This document shows positions 12,020 to 25,700 of a stretch of DNA of 64,000 nucleotides, in pieces (positions within the stretch are counted from its first letter, which is position 1; every line of letters begins with the position of its first letter). The stretch is taken from contig NC_043002.1 of NCBI RefSeq assembly GCF_006345805.1, positions 28,706,001 to 28,770,000 of the forward strand, read 5' to 3'. Under the pieces are notes generated by a model. That model was given only the letters and a program-made list of their open reading frames with translations. It ran no database searches and had not been told where the DNA came from. This stretch comes from Octopus sinensis. Taxonomy: Eukaryota. A program made the translations under genes and the position numbers.

Positions 12020-13150
12020 GGATTATGAGAAACTTTCGATACTCCACGATCACAGATTAGCCCTTCTGCTGATATCTAATCTCAGTCTGTTTGCATATGT
12101 CCACTACTTCCTGATAAGACAATCGAAACTAGTCAATGAATCTGCGTGGTACCCAGCTTGGTCGTCACTGAAAGAAGGATATTTCTTCCATTTGCCCCCT
12201 CAAGTAGCACTGAGAATTACCATGAGATGATTACGAACTCAGAAAAAATATATTGAAGAAAAACAAGCAGATTTCAGTAAAGGTAGCAGAAGTTTTGATA
12301 ACTTCAGTACAGATGTTCTACTCTGTTTTCTCAGTGTGAAGCACCACCAACAAGAACACAAAATCTAGCATGTCATACTCTTTAGAAAGGAGCTTGATGT
12401 TTGGAATGATGATTTACGGGAAATTACTTCATAAGATTTAATAGTATAAAGAATTTGACTCGTTCTAGCAACTTATTTGTATCAAGATACCAAGTAAGTG
12501 CGAGATCTAAGCTATATTAGAAATGATATGACACGTCCTAAAACTGATACAGAAGATAAACGATACCCTTAAATATAATGGAGGTCCACTCAGCATCGGA
12601 GAAGTGTATATTACAAAACTAAGAAATGATGGGCTTCAATTGATGAACTGGTAATGAACACGTATAAACTGGTTGACTTAAAGGTACTGTTGTATGTTCT
12701 ACAATATGTTTGAACAAAAACCGTACAAAATATCATCAATACAGTTTCCATTATTTTCGTCAGAACAAGAACAGATATCCATGTCCAATGTGAAACACTA
12801 GACGAAAATGGTATTCAAATAATTAGAGAAAAATGTCGATAAAATATCAATGCAAAACTTCCTTGCATGGACAGCACAGAACACAAGTGCAGTAAACACA
12901 GGTGGGCCAATATTGTAGGAGAGAAACATCTCTATAAAAATAATATTTGGAGTACGGACACCATACGGCATAGGTGCCTTCCAGCTTTCATGCATGTGAA
13001 ATATAGATCCTTACAATATAGATACAGAGAAAAATACAGGCATTCAAAATGAGAGGGCAACTCTAAGGGATTTCGTACATAGAGAAGTTCACCAAGGAAT
13101 TTCGTTCATAGAGGCAGTCATCTAACTGACATCGAAGCACTCAATATCAT
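12020..13150 (+). mobile_element. Degenerate LINE (RTE-like) reverse transcriptase remnant
   Basis: Fragments such as EKQADFSKGSRS, ...RTRTDIHVQCETLDENG and YSWRETS resemble the RT C-terminal half; heavily interrupted. Confidence 0.5.
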
Positions 13151-13511
13151 ATGGCCGAAGAAAAGAAATATGATATGCATACTTATCAAGATGGAGTAAC
13201 TTAGAAAAAACATTTTTTAGGAAAATTGTAAAGTGTAGATATTAAAAACAAAAAAGAAATTTGATGCACATCTCCAACAGAATGAAACATCGTACACAGT
13301 ATATGGTACCGCTACTGTGTCTTCATCAAGAAATGAGAATAGAAGACAAATCCATGCTTACTAACATTGGTAACGGTTAATACTCTTTTAGCAAACATTA
13401 AGTGGAATTGAATGTAATATGTATCTTGACAAATGTAACTTTTGTTGATGATTACTGCATCGATGCACCCTACCGCAAATAATGTCAATTAAATGAATTA
13501 AACAATTTTAC

Positions 13512-15980
13512 CTTTATTACATTCCATGAGATTAATTTGATGGAAGTACCCAGTGCACACGTGCTTCCTCTCAGAGGCACAGCTTTCATATACGGGTATG
13601 CGTCTGTAATGTACATATATGGGAAGATCACATCACATGAGAGAAAAATCCTTAATGAGTTTGGCAATATTTTGAATAATCGACGTAGTGTGATAAAAAT
13701 TCACAGGAGTGACTGAGATCGAATTGTTACTTTTTATAATGTCTTTATATCCTGGATTGCTGAAATATTTCCTAATCGACATATTAAATAGATCTTAACA
13801 TCTGATTTCTAATCGAATGCCATTCTAGTAATCGGTTTTTAAATATACTAGCGAATTCCGCATAGAAAATTCTTTGGAAAAAATGTTTCATGATTAATAA
13901 TTTGAAATAAGGTAAGAAACATTCATTCACTAATGATATTCACAAATAACAAAATTATTAATAACAATATTTTTCATAGGATGTATCATTATAACGAGTT
14001 TTCTAAAGCATTAAAATACACATTTTAAAACAACGCGTATTGTTCAGAATCCACAGTTCTAATCACACATTCGTGGACTTGTGTCTATACTGGAAATAAC
14101 TTAGGTATTCTTTGATTTGCTAAAAGTTGTTTCTAGTGATAATGACGTCAATATGCCACATTCTTAGTGCGATGTAGTTAGCACTAATGAATTACTGTTT
14201 CGTATTGAAACGAGTGCACTCCAAATGAGCATTTCTTGATTTGCAACAATATAACAAACATTCATTTCAATTTTGGGTGGAGTAGGGGTTCTGAGCCGAT
14301 TGCATCGACCCCAGTGTTGAACTTTTACCTAATTCATCGGCCACGAAAAAATGAAAGTCAAAGTCGATCTCCATGGAATTTGAACAAACATGAAGACGTA
14401 CGAAATGCCACTAGGAATTTTACCAATCACAATAACGATTTTTCTCGCTCGCCGCCTTACTAAGTATTACAAATATTAATAATTAATAGTTGATTGTTAG
14501 TTGATAGTATAATCAAATATATAAACATGTAACTATTAGTTGTAGTGATAATCAGAGGAACAAAAATAACACATGTACTTGCAGAAATCCATATCTGGTG
14601 AATGCACGGGGAAATCTTTTTCCGCTTTAGGACAATAAGATTTGAATAACTCCATGCAGCTGTCTTTTCCTGAAAAATATACAAATTTCATATTATATTT
14701 TATGTTTTTACAACTTCTGGACAGTTTGATGAAATATCAGATGAGAAGATAAATTAATATTTAATTCCGGCCTTAATTTGTTATTTATATTACGTACTTT
14801 GACAACAAAAATAATCATTTCCTCATAATAGACAATTAGTAAAATAATCTTACCAGGGCAAACATATTTGTAGGTTTTTACAAAGGATTTGTAGCAATAG
14901 TCGTCCTTGTATGTGTCAGCACACTTCTTAAATACGATAAGGCGCCTGATGTTGAAAATAAATCGTTAAGGATAATTTTTGAATTATAAAACTCAAAATT
15001 TTATTCATAATTTGGCAATGCTTTGTATCTGCGGATTGATAAAAATATGGACAAGTTTAATATAATCAATATCTACATTTTGAGATTAATATACTGCTTT
15101 GTGAAACTATACTTTCATACTTCCGAGAATTACAAAATTATTCATATTCAGAGGTAGGAGCTATATAAAACAGTCTGCTGTCTTGCCTCATATATCTATA
15201 CTTGTCCATTTCAGAGAAATCATCTTTGCATTTATTAATCAGCTAAACGTGTATTTAAATGTGGTTAACATGCAGCATTCTAGCTCGGTATATGTAGTGC
15301 CAATCCGATAAAGTACCTTTGTGAACTACACGTTTCGCAACGAGTATTTCTAGTCTTGTACCAATATTAGAGTCGTTGTCAATTAACAGCAGGTTATATC
15401 GTTATATTGTTTTTGTTTATTATTTTTATTATTTCAGTCGTTGAACTTCAGCCATAATGGGGCATTCGATCGGAGAGCTTTAAATGATCATATTTCACCC
15501 CAATTACTTCATCTGAATTTAGTAGCTAGTCTTGCTTTTGGGGAGTCGCTAAGTTACAGGGATGTAAACAAACAAGCTGTGAATGATAAATACATGTTCA
15601 CACTTACATATAAGCATTCAGACACGACACATGTACACTAACTCATGTGACCTTACGCCGTTCTTGTCTAAAGTTTTTACTCAATATATTCAGCTATATA
15701 TATATTGGCCCGTGGCTAATGTAGAAAACACTTGTGCATGGAACTAAATCCGATATCACGTGGCTGCCAAAGGATTTTCTTAACCACACAGGTATTGATT
15801 TATACAAATAATAAAAAAAATTACGTGTTACATGAAATAGTGACAGAGTATTTGTAAATAATACATATAAATTTACGAACGAGCACTGGTACGTATCCGG
15901 GTACAGTAGTGGGTACTCTCTCATGGCTTCATGACATATTTGCCTGTACTTTCCTTCGCATTCACTGATTTTATCTGCAG
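13512..15980 (-). CDS. 6-Cys-domain cluster unit 4, two domains
   Basis: Exons 15980-15881, 14945-14854, 14669-14579, 13603-13512: xADKISECEGKYRQICHEAMREYPLLYPDTYQCSRLIVFKKCADTYKDDYCYKSFVKTYKYVCPGKDSCMELFKSYCPKAEKDFPVHSPDMDFCKRIPVYESCASERKHVCTGYFHQINLMECNK. First donor is weak (gttcgt); last exon uncertain. Confidence 0.88.
14244..14458 (-). mobile_element. tRNA-derived SINE in the second A-B intron of unit 4
   Basis: Family motifs (gcatcgaccccagtg, ggaatttgaac, ctcgccgcc); same position as the 8727 and 26243 copies. Confidence 0.8.
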
Positions 15981-17198
15981 CTATAAAGTTCATATATTTC
16001 ATGTCTTTAGTTCTTAAATATTCTGACCATAAAGACGAAACTGGATTTTTTCGGTTGTCATAGTTTTTAATATTTAAAATAAAATGAAAATTATCAAGTT
16101 TGGTAGATTGATGTTATTTTTCACAGTGATACCAAATTTACGATCCCTTTATTCCCAGAGATTTAGTAAAACGTTACAGAGGTTCAAAGTTTGATGATTT
16201 TTAGTCAAATTAACAAACAAAAATCGGAAGCCGGCATTTTTTACGTTATAGATGCTTGCTCATAATATGACATACGGAAATAACACAGACACAAAATAAT
16301 ACTGCATGTCAAAACTTGTGTAATTGTTGTCCTTGATTCAGTGGCAGCAGGGCAAACGAGAGCTTTGCATGTTACTATGGAAACATGCATCAATGGGATA
16401 GTTATTGTCACGCGTATATTGGTGGGCTTTCATTAGCTAAAGTTACAAACATTTCAAATTTCAGATGTTGTAACTTTTTATTTATTAATTCATGACAAAA
16501 ACTATTTTAAATTTTCATATTTAGCATAATATGCCAAATCGGTATAAACAAATTTGAAAACAATACGAAATCTGTACTAGCAACCGAAAAAGATCCACAA
16601 AATAAAAAAAATATATATCGACATTTAATTTTTATGCACTTAATTCTAATTTTTATCAAAGTCACTCGAAAAGGAAGTTGAGTTTGGAGTGGATGTAATA
16701 AAATGTTTTGATGTTGGGCATAACAATCTGTTGGACTGGTGTTGTAATCTTAAAAACAGGATAAAAATAACGTTTATAATTATAAAAATATTGTTTATTC
16801 TCTGGGTTTTGGTGTTATGTGTATTTGGAAATGTCAATAATTGCAATGGTAGTTTTAGGTCTCCTGTGAGTATATATGTTTTCCATAATTCTGTAATGAT
16901 CTGTTTGTGTTTTACATTTTCTGTATTGGTTGTTGGCTTACGTTTCAATGCAGAAATAGAACGTAACTTTTAGAATATGCTTGAATAGTGCATATCCTGT
17001 AATTTCTGATGTTTTCTTTGTAAAATGGCAGTGCCTCGTTTGAAAAAGTGCTTGATTAGGTATGTGGTATGTAGATCTCAATAACGCTAAAATTCTTCTA
17101 TTATTTTTCAAGATTCTGAGTATCACTTTAGGTGAAAATTATTTGCCAGTTAGTGTCAAAATTTATATCCACACACACACACACACATGTATATATGT

Positions 17199-17269
<71 letters not shown>

Positions 17270-17869
17270 TGTATGTGTGTGTGTGTGTGTGTGTGTGCGT
17301 GCGTTCGTATAACTATGTACGTGTGCACACTTATTGCTCCATTCTCTACTACCTCTCCCCTTTCTATATTACTAGATTTATTTTCTCCTTCTAAGTATTT
17401 AAATAGCACCAGATTAGTAACTATATATATAATGCTTCTTCGAAATGTAAATTTTGTATTATCTTATTCTCTGTATGAAAAAATTCTAGTAGAAGATAGC
17501 TTACATGTTTTCTACTACATGTACAATTTTGCAACTCCTACGAGCAAGTGAAGCCTGTATAATGGTCAGTAAATAATACCCAAAGTTTTCCCAATCAGGT
17601 AACTTATAAGCACTCTGATATAATCCAAACGTGGCTAACCATGTCGAATAATAGGGAACATATAGAGTTGTTTAAGATAAACAAGTCCTTAGTACTTAGC
17701 TCAATAGGTAAATCGCCTAATTGAATTACATTCAGTATAAGGAGTATATAACGAAGCCATCAAAAAGTAGAATGGAGAATAATATGTCTTCAAAATCTGC
17801 TTGTTACAGCATTATTCTCATTAAATTCACATGTGCAAGTTGTTTGCAAGGCATCTAAGATCTTGTGGT

Positions 17870-20800
17870 AGGTAGCCACTGACAAACCGGAAATACGGTT
17901 AGGCATCTTAGAAAGACAAGAGGACTGCTGGGAAAGACGAGCGGACAATAGGAAAGACTATCGACACCAGGAAAGACTGGCGGAGGCTGCGGACTTACAA
18001 TCCTCGCCTTTGTAATATGTTGTAACAGTTACGAATGATAATGACATCCCCACGATAGACCGAGAGGTGGGAGTCGAGAATCAATCAAACCCAGTTAACA
18101 CGGGAATGACCTTGGATATGAGTACGGCTATTCATTCGAACAGCGAATGAAGTGTAAGCAACTTTGGATGCAAGCTGTGCTGTAGAATCTTTGCAACTGT
18201 GAGAGGTTTGAAGATACATCATGGAAAGACATGTGAGAAGAAGACAGAGCAATGTGGATCAACTGAGCGTAAAACACGTGGCAAATAATCCCCGGACTCA
18301 AACCACAGCGGATCGATAAGTGCTACAGCAAAGACTTCTTCCCGTCAGGAAACTGCAGGTTATGAAACTGGTGCATCAGATAGTACTCGGAGGAAACCGA
18401 GGATTTTGTGGCCTGCTGCTAATGAGAAAGGGAAATATAAAGAGTTTGAAAACAAGTTATGTCGAGCTCTTTATAAAATGACAGTGAAGAAACTGGGAAA
18501 ATTAACAAGCTCAATTTACGATATAGGTAATGAATTATTTGGAGTGAAAGAGAATATCCGATTAGCGAAAGGAAAGTGTGGACCAAGTAGAAGGGTCAGA
18601 AAAATGAAACAGTTGGGGAAGGAAAATACCAGCCTAAGAAAGCGATAGAAGTGTGCTACATAAGAAGAGAAACCTGGCCTCGCGCTGCTGTATGACGATA
18701 TGAATAGGAAATATCGTTATATGCAACCACATATCTGCCGATATGAGCCTCAGAAGGAGAGTAAAAAGACTCGGGGGCAGTTTCTGAAGGACTCGTATGG
18801 GTTTACTAAGAAGCTATTCACTGAACCGAAGAGTGGCTCTTTATCGTGCATGAAAGACGAATTGGAAGCTCATATCAAAGAAACCTATAGCGATCCTCAC
18901 CGTAACCAGCCACTGCCACCTCTACATGGGCTAAATCATCTCTCAGAAACTGATATCGAATTCCAAATTGGGGATACCAGGGAGAGAGAGGTGGATGATT
19001 TCGATTTCGTAAGGAAAGCTGGAGCAATGAGTACCCCAGGAGGTGATAGCATCTCGTATAAAGTTTATAAATATTGCAATCGTCTGCGAAAGAAGCTCTT
19101 TGTCCTGCTCCGACAGCTGTGGCGCGAAAGACTGTAGTAGAGGATTGGTGTAAAACAGAAGGCAAATACCTGCCGAAGGAGTCTAATGCAGAGACTATAA
19201 AACAGTTTAGGCCGATATCCTTATTGAATTTGGAGGGCAAAATCTTTATGGGAATTATTTCGAGGAGAACAGTGACATATTTACAGAATAACGGATATGT
19301 TGATGAATCTATTCAAAAGGCCGGAATCCCTGGGATCCCTAGATGCGTTGAACACTGTTTTTCGATTTGGAAAGCGATCCAGGATGCCAAACAGAACAAG
19401 AGAAGTCTGAAAGTGGTATGGCTTGACCTAGCTAATGCATATGACTCAGTGCCACACGAATTACTGATGAGAGCCATGGACCACTTCCACATTCCAGACA
19501 AAGTGATCAAAATAAGGATGTATTATAACAGTTTCGAAAGGAGGTTTACGGCTGGAGATTTTTACAACAGATTGGCACCGATTGAAGATTGGCATTGCTG
19601 CTGGCTGTACAATATCTGTCACAAGGTTAATCTTAGTCATGGAGATGATTTTGAAAGCTGTGGATTTTTCAGAACAAATCGCTCATGTACAATCGCTTAA
19701 GAAAGCCTTTATGGGTGACGTGACACTTCTAGCTACAGATAAACAAATCATGCAGAATGCCCACTTGAGATTAGAACTTGTGAGGTGATCAAGGATGTGG
19801 TTTAGAGCAAAAGAGTCGCGTAGTCTGACGTTTGTTAAGGGAGTGCAGAAAGAATTAAGTTTCGAATAGCTGAAGAAAGCAGTCAAAAACTTGGGGCGAG
19901 TACACGCAGCAACATTGTCAGATAGGAGTCGGGGGATGGAAATTATGAGACAAGCCGAGGCTGGATTATCAGCGATTGATAACCAGGTATATATACAATT
20001 TAGTGCTTGCAGTTCGGTTTGCATCCGCGACTTTCGTGGCCACATTTAATATACGAGGTAGCCTTGTCACGAGTTCAGATCATTGAACAAAAATGTAATG
20101 TGTTCATTAGAAAGTGGCTAGGTCTACCTCGGATGTTGAACAGTTTAGCTCTTTATTGTAAAAGTGGTTCATTGCAGTTACTACTAGTTAATAGTCGAAA
20201 TATATGAACTGGGGAAGATACGGACGGTGATGAAGCTGAGAGAATCGAAGGAAAAGGAAATGGAAATCAGGTGAAAACGGCCAGGAAGTGGAAAGCAAAA
20301 GCAGAGACTGATGGCATCTTGTCTTCTCTTACGCACAGAGATATGGTAGGAGCAACGCAAAACCACCGGAAAGGACTTGGTTTTGGCGCAGATCAGTTCA
20401 GACCGTTTGCGAGTATGATGCGGAGCGAACGCAGATCTGTTGTTAACAACAGCGTCAAAACGAGGGAAGCAGAGAGAAGAGAGCTTCATTTGATCCGATG
20501 TATTAAACAAAGACAGATGACGAGCTGGGAAGAACTTGTTGTTGAGACGAAAATAAGTTGGAATTAGATATGAAAGTGGACCACTTCTCGGCTAAGTTTT
20601 CTGATTCGTTCATCCTATGATGTTTTGCCGTCACCTACAAATCTAGTAAGATGGAACGTCTCAGAGAATAAAATATGCAAATGCGGAAAGGTCAACTGTT
20701 CATTAACATTGAACAGGTATCCATGGAGACATAACCTGGTATCTTCAATGCTATAAAGAACCAAATTGACCTCAATAACAGTGAGTAAAAAAACCGTTGA

Positions 20801-20890
20801 ATGTACCAATTAGAAATTTCCTTACATTCATGTGCTCAGGTCAGCGGATCCGTTTCAAGAAAAAGAACATGAAACTTCCTATGATCTAGC
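17870..20890 (+). mobile_element. Non-LTR retrotransposon, RLE group (HERO-like), inactivated
   Basis: N-terminal zinc finger CKLCCRIFATVRGLKIHHGKTC (~18165-18240), WPAANEK, RT motifs FRPISLLNLEGKIF, WLDLANAYDSVPH, GIAAGCTIS, AFMGDVTL and QFGLHPRLSWP, spread over several frames with stops. Confidence 0.82.
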
Positions 20891-20899
20891 AAGCAGGGC

Positions 20900-21828
20900 C
20901 TCATATCAGTGGAATATGAGTTCGATGAAGAGCAATTAAACAACCTTTTGCACGAAAATTCTCGTCAAACGACAAGGAAACTGGCAGAGTAAATGAAATG
21001 CTCCCATTGCTTTAGAGAAGCATCTTCATTCGATTGGAAAGGTTCAGAAGTATGGAGTATGGGTTCCGCACGCTTAAAGGGTAAACAAGAAAAATGAACG
21101 GGCCACAATCTCTGCTGGTTTACTTGCTCGTCACCGCTCAACTCATGGACACAAGCAACGATTTCTTTACCGAATCGTTACTGGTGAGGAAAAATGGTGC
21201 CTGTACATCAATATGAAGCAGCGAAGGAATGACTTAGTTCCAGTAATCAAGCAACACCACGCGTGAAACAAGATCTTCATCCACGTAAAACCATGTTGTG
21301 CGTATGGTGGGACTGGGAAGGGATTATCCATTACGAATTGCTTGAACAGAACCAAACGGTCAACACGGAACTCTTTGTTCAGCAGATGGAACGTCTCAAC
21401 ACGGCTATTCAAGAGAAAAGACCTAATCGACAGCATGGAGTTCTTCTGCTGTACGACAACGCCCACCCTCATATCACCAATATGACCAAGGAAGGCATTC
21501 AAACGCATGGCTGGGAAGTGTTGCTACACCCGCTGTACACTCCTGATATGGAACCAACGGATTTCCACCTCTTTCGATCTCTTTCAAATACTATGCGCGG
21601 AGATTCGTTCAATACCGATGCAGAATTGAGAGCTTGGTTGGATCGATTTTTCTAGTTGAAATGGGGTGATTTCTACCAATGAGATATTGAAAATCTAGTT
21701 GGACGTTGGGAAGAAATTGTAAACAACAATGGTGAATACAGTATTGATTAATTAGTTGTTATTTTTTATTAAACCTTTTAAAAAATTTAAATAAAAGCCT
21801 CCACGAGAACTTATTTGGCAATCCAATA
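20900..21828 (+). mobile_element. mariner (DD34D) transposon, 5'-truncated
   Basis: IVTGEEKW, MLCVWWDWEGIIHYELL, LLYDNAHPH, HPLYTPDMEPTDFHLF; terminal repeat ...gaacttatttggcaatccaaTA ends at 21828. Confidence 0.92.
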
Positions 21829-22473
21829 TTTTGATTTACCAGATTGTAGCGTGGTTTGACACCTAGACGTCAAAAGTAAAAATGAAAAAAACGATATTTT
21901 TCTCTCTCCCCATAAATCTAAATTTAGGTTAGCGTAGCCGTTATCTGTGCGTTGAATTCGAGATTTTAGGTCATCTTCCTTCAACGGTGATGGTTGGCTC
22001 CATGTTTTATGTAAACTGTTGCAATGTTTATAGTCTCTTCTATCGGAAGGTAAATAATTTTTTATGGACATTAGTAAGGGCTAATATTTCGAAACGTAAT
22101 TTTTATTGAATGCAAAATCAAGGTTTAGCGGGATACGAAATATAATTTGATTTCAGAATTGGTTGAATCACCAAGAATATAAAATAACTAAAAATATTCT
22201 TACTTTTACATATTATGTGATAGACAGTGACGAAGTGCCTTTCGCATTCGTGTGCTACCTCATGAGCACACATATAATATGTTAACAGGCGACTGGAATA
22301 TAAAAACAAAAGAAAATCATTTCAGATAAAAGAATACAATTTCGTAATACTTTAAATTATTGATGTACTGAAGTTAAAACTCACTATAGATCACAACCAG
22401 GTATAACCTTAAAATGTTATATATATATATATGTATATATGTATGTATATATGTATATATGTATGTATATATG

Positions 22474-22506
<33 letters not shown>

Positions 22507-22517
22507 GTATATATGTA

Positions 22518-22553
<36 letters not shown>

Positions 22554-22569
22554 TATATATGTATATATG

Positions 22570-22610
<41 letters not shown>

Positions 22611-22657
22611 GCATGCATATATATATACATATGTAAGTATATATGTATGCATGAATG

Positions 22658-22712
<55 letters not shown>

Positions 22713-22735
22713 GCATAAACATACATGCATATATA

Positions 22736-22796
<61 letters not shown>

Positions 22797-25700
22797 TATA
22801 TATATATACTACGGACTTTTTTCAATTGCCGTCTATCGCATCCACTAACAAAGCTTCGGTTGACATAGTACTATAGTAGACAACACTTGACCATGGTGCC
22901 ACGGAGTGGAACTGAACTCTGAACAATGTTTCGAGAACTAAATTCCTTACTACACAACCGTACCTACTGACTTTACTTTAAATTTTAACATGTTTGAATT
23001 AAAACATTTGGAAAATATGAGGTATATAGCAGAAAATTCTGTATCTCTGTCGCATATGTGTGTTTCGATTCCCACCGTTAATCAAACGTATATTATTGTA
23101 TCTGGAGTAGATATAGGAAGTTCGATAGAAGAAAGTGTATCATAGGAAGTGTCAGTATTGAAAGGAGTGTACTCATTTACAGATGAATGAAACTGAAACT
23201 CTTTCAGCCGCAATAATTTAAAACTTTATTTTTATTTCTTATCCTGAACATTTCCAAGTTTAATTAATCTTTTTATGCCCACATTTTCTCTACTAGTATA
23301 CACTTTTTAGATAAAGATTAAACATTACTTGGGGTTTTCTATAGAATTCAATTACATTTAGAAAATGAAAACTAGCGTGCATCATTCAAGAACCATTGGA
23401 CTAACTGCACATTTTAGGTCAAAATATATTGTCTTAAAATCGATACAGTTGACACCGATTAATATATGTTCCTTATTTTAATCTAGCATATTTCAAGTAA
23501 GCATTTCTTGGGTTGTGCCGATGTAAGAAATATTGTTCTTAAATATTTGAATATACCAATGTAAAATTGAATAAACACGTAAATTTTAGATGTAGTAATA
23601 ATAGTAAGAGTAGTAAGAAAACATATGTACTTGCAAAAATTTGAATCTGGAATACGCTTAGGATAATTTCGTTCCGCATTGGGACACAAATTTTGGAACT
23701 CGTTTATGCATATGTCATTACCTGCAATACATACAAATTTGACATATCCTTTGATTTTCTAATCAAAACTTTTGAATTATTAGATGCCCCAACAGAAATT
23801 AAATCGACTAATTTTGGTCTTACCCAGCATTAGCGGTTATAGGCTGTATTACATGGTTTAATCATGACAAAGATGTTTTCTGAAATGAATTTTGTGATTT
23901 TGTTCATGGTTCTTCGTGGATATTTTTCGGTTAGATTTTAAAGAAAATACTTATTATAGTACTCATTCCAAGTTAACTGTTGCGATCTGCAATATATAGT
24001 TTGTGGCTAAAAATGGATAAATTATTTACATAATCTTGCGTACATGGGGAATTATGTGTTTTGAGGTGAGCTATTTCAATTAGTCAAACAAGTGCCTGAA
24101 ATAATTATTATTATGCCCGTACTGGTAAACTGGAGGAATCATTAGCAGTATTCCATCTGTCTTTACGTTCTAATTTCAAATTCCGCTGTGGTCAACTTTA
24201 CCTTTCCTCCCTTCGGAGTCAGTAACGTAAAGTATCAATTGAGCATTGTTGTCAATGTGAGCAACTTCAAGTATCGGTTGAGCACTGGAGTCAATGTGAT
24301 CAACTATATCCATTCCCCGAAATTTCAGGCTTTCTGTTGATAACGTAACTTATAAAATGTAATATGTTTCGAATTTAGTTTGCAAATACACCGTTTCTGT
24401 CAATATGTGTGAATAAAGTATATCTTACGAGGACAATTATCAATAGAGAGTCCATTGTAGAAATCCCAGCACTTCTCATTGATATTTTTAGCACAACTTT
24501 TGTATTTCTCAAGGCGTCTGCAAAATCAAGATAGATATGAGAAATTCACTTCAGAAAAAGGTAAGTTATAATATAATGGAGAATATTTTCGATTATTAAC
24601 ATAATGAGATTAAATTACGCCAGAGTTTATAAACTCTGTTATCAGCTTCAAATATCTTGTAATATTTATGTGCGCTGCAAGGCGGAAAATTGACGGAATC
24701 GCTAGCATATCGGTCAAATATCGTAGTGCTGTTTGGACTTGCTCATTACATTCTGAGTTCAAATTACGCCTCAGTGGTCTTTGTTTTTCAGCTTTTCGAG
24801 GTCGATTAAATAAGAACTAGCTGAGCGCTGGTGTCGATGTAACTGGCTCTCCCCACTCTCCAGAAATTCCTTGCCTTGTGCTAAATGTTTGAAACCAAGC
24901 TTTTATCTTCTTTACATACTGATATCACGCTACCATTGTGTATTTTATATTTCCAGGGTTGTAAAAATCAAATGAAGAATTAAATTTTACAAACTGATTT
25001 CTAACATCTGGCAATAAACTTTAAATATTGCTGCATTTCATGTAGTAAATTGTAACAAAATGATGTTTTACACTGAATCATTTGAACAAAATAAAATAAA
25101 GGTTTAATAATAAACAACAAATTCTAAATAGCATGTGTCTTGTGATGATCAAACATTACTATAGGTTTCCTAAAGCATGACATATTTTTAAAGATTGACA
25201 TGTTTCGGTCTCTCGATCTGTCCTAAGTGCACATTTGTGAACTTGTGCCATATTTAGTATTACTTATATACAAGGTGCGGTGAATAAATAGTCGTCTAAA
25301 TTACGCAAAAATGAAAGTAACACTGACTTCTCATTTTAGCAGATATATTTACCAAAATTACATAAAAATATCTTGAAATACAAAAGAGTAAATTTATTCA
25401 ATAAAATCGTCTCCAAACGACTTCGGAATCTCCTGCAACTATCTGGATGGTCCCCTTGTTTAAGTTGGTGAATGCTGCCGTAATCCTTGCTTTCAGTTCA
25501 TCATTGGTGTTACAAAGAGTTTTGTTGGTCTCTCGTTCAACTGTACCCCACACATAATCAAAGGAGTTGCAGTCTGGGGAGTTAGGTGGCCAAAGTTTAG
25601 GGGAGATGTGGTCACAGAAATTGTCATTACTGGGTTCTGCTAGTTTGGCATGTTGCAGACTCCTATTGCCAGGCATAGGACTTCCAGCAGTCCCCCGCTT

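Noticed and set aside
23070-23200. Ser/Thr/Pro-rich frame ([32 protein letters not shown]) in a unit-5 intron as a mucin-like exon
   Set aside because: It is open only in phase 0, whereas the flanking exons require phase 2; the other frames have stops.
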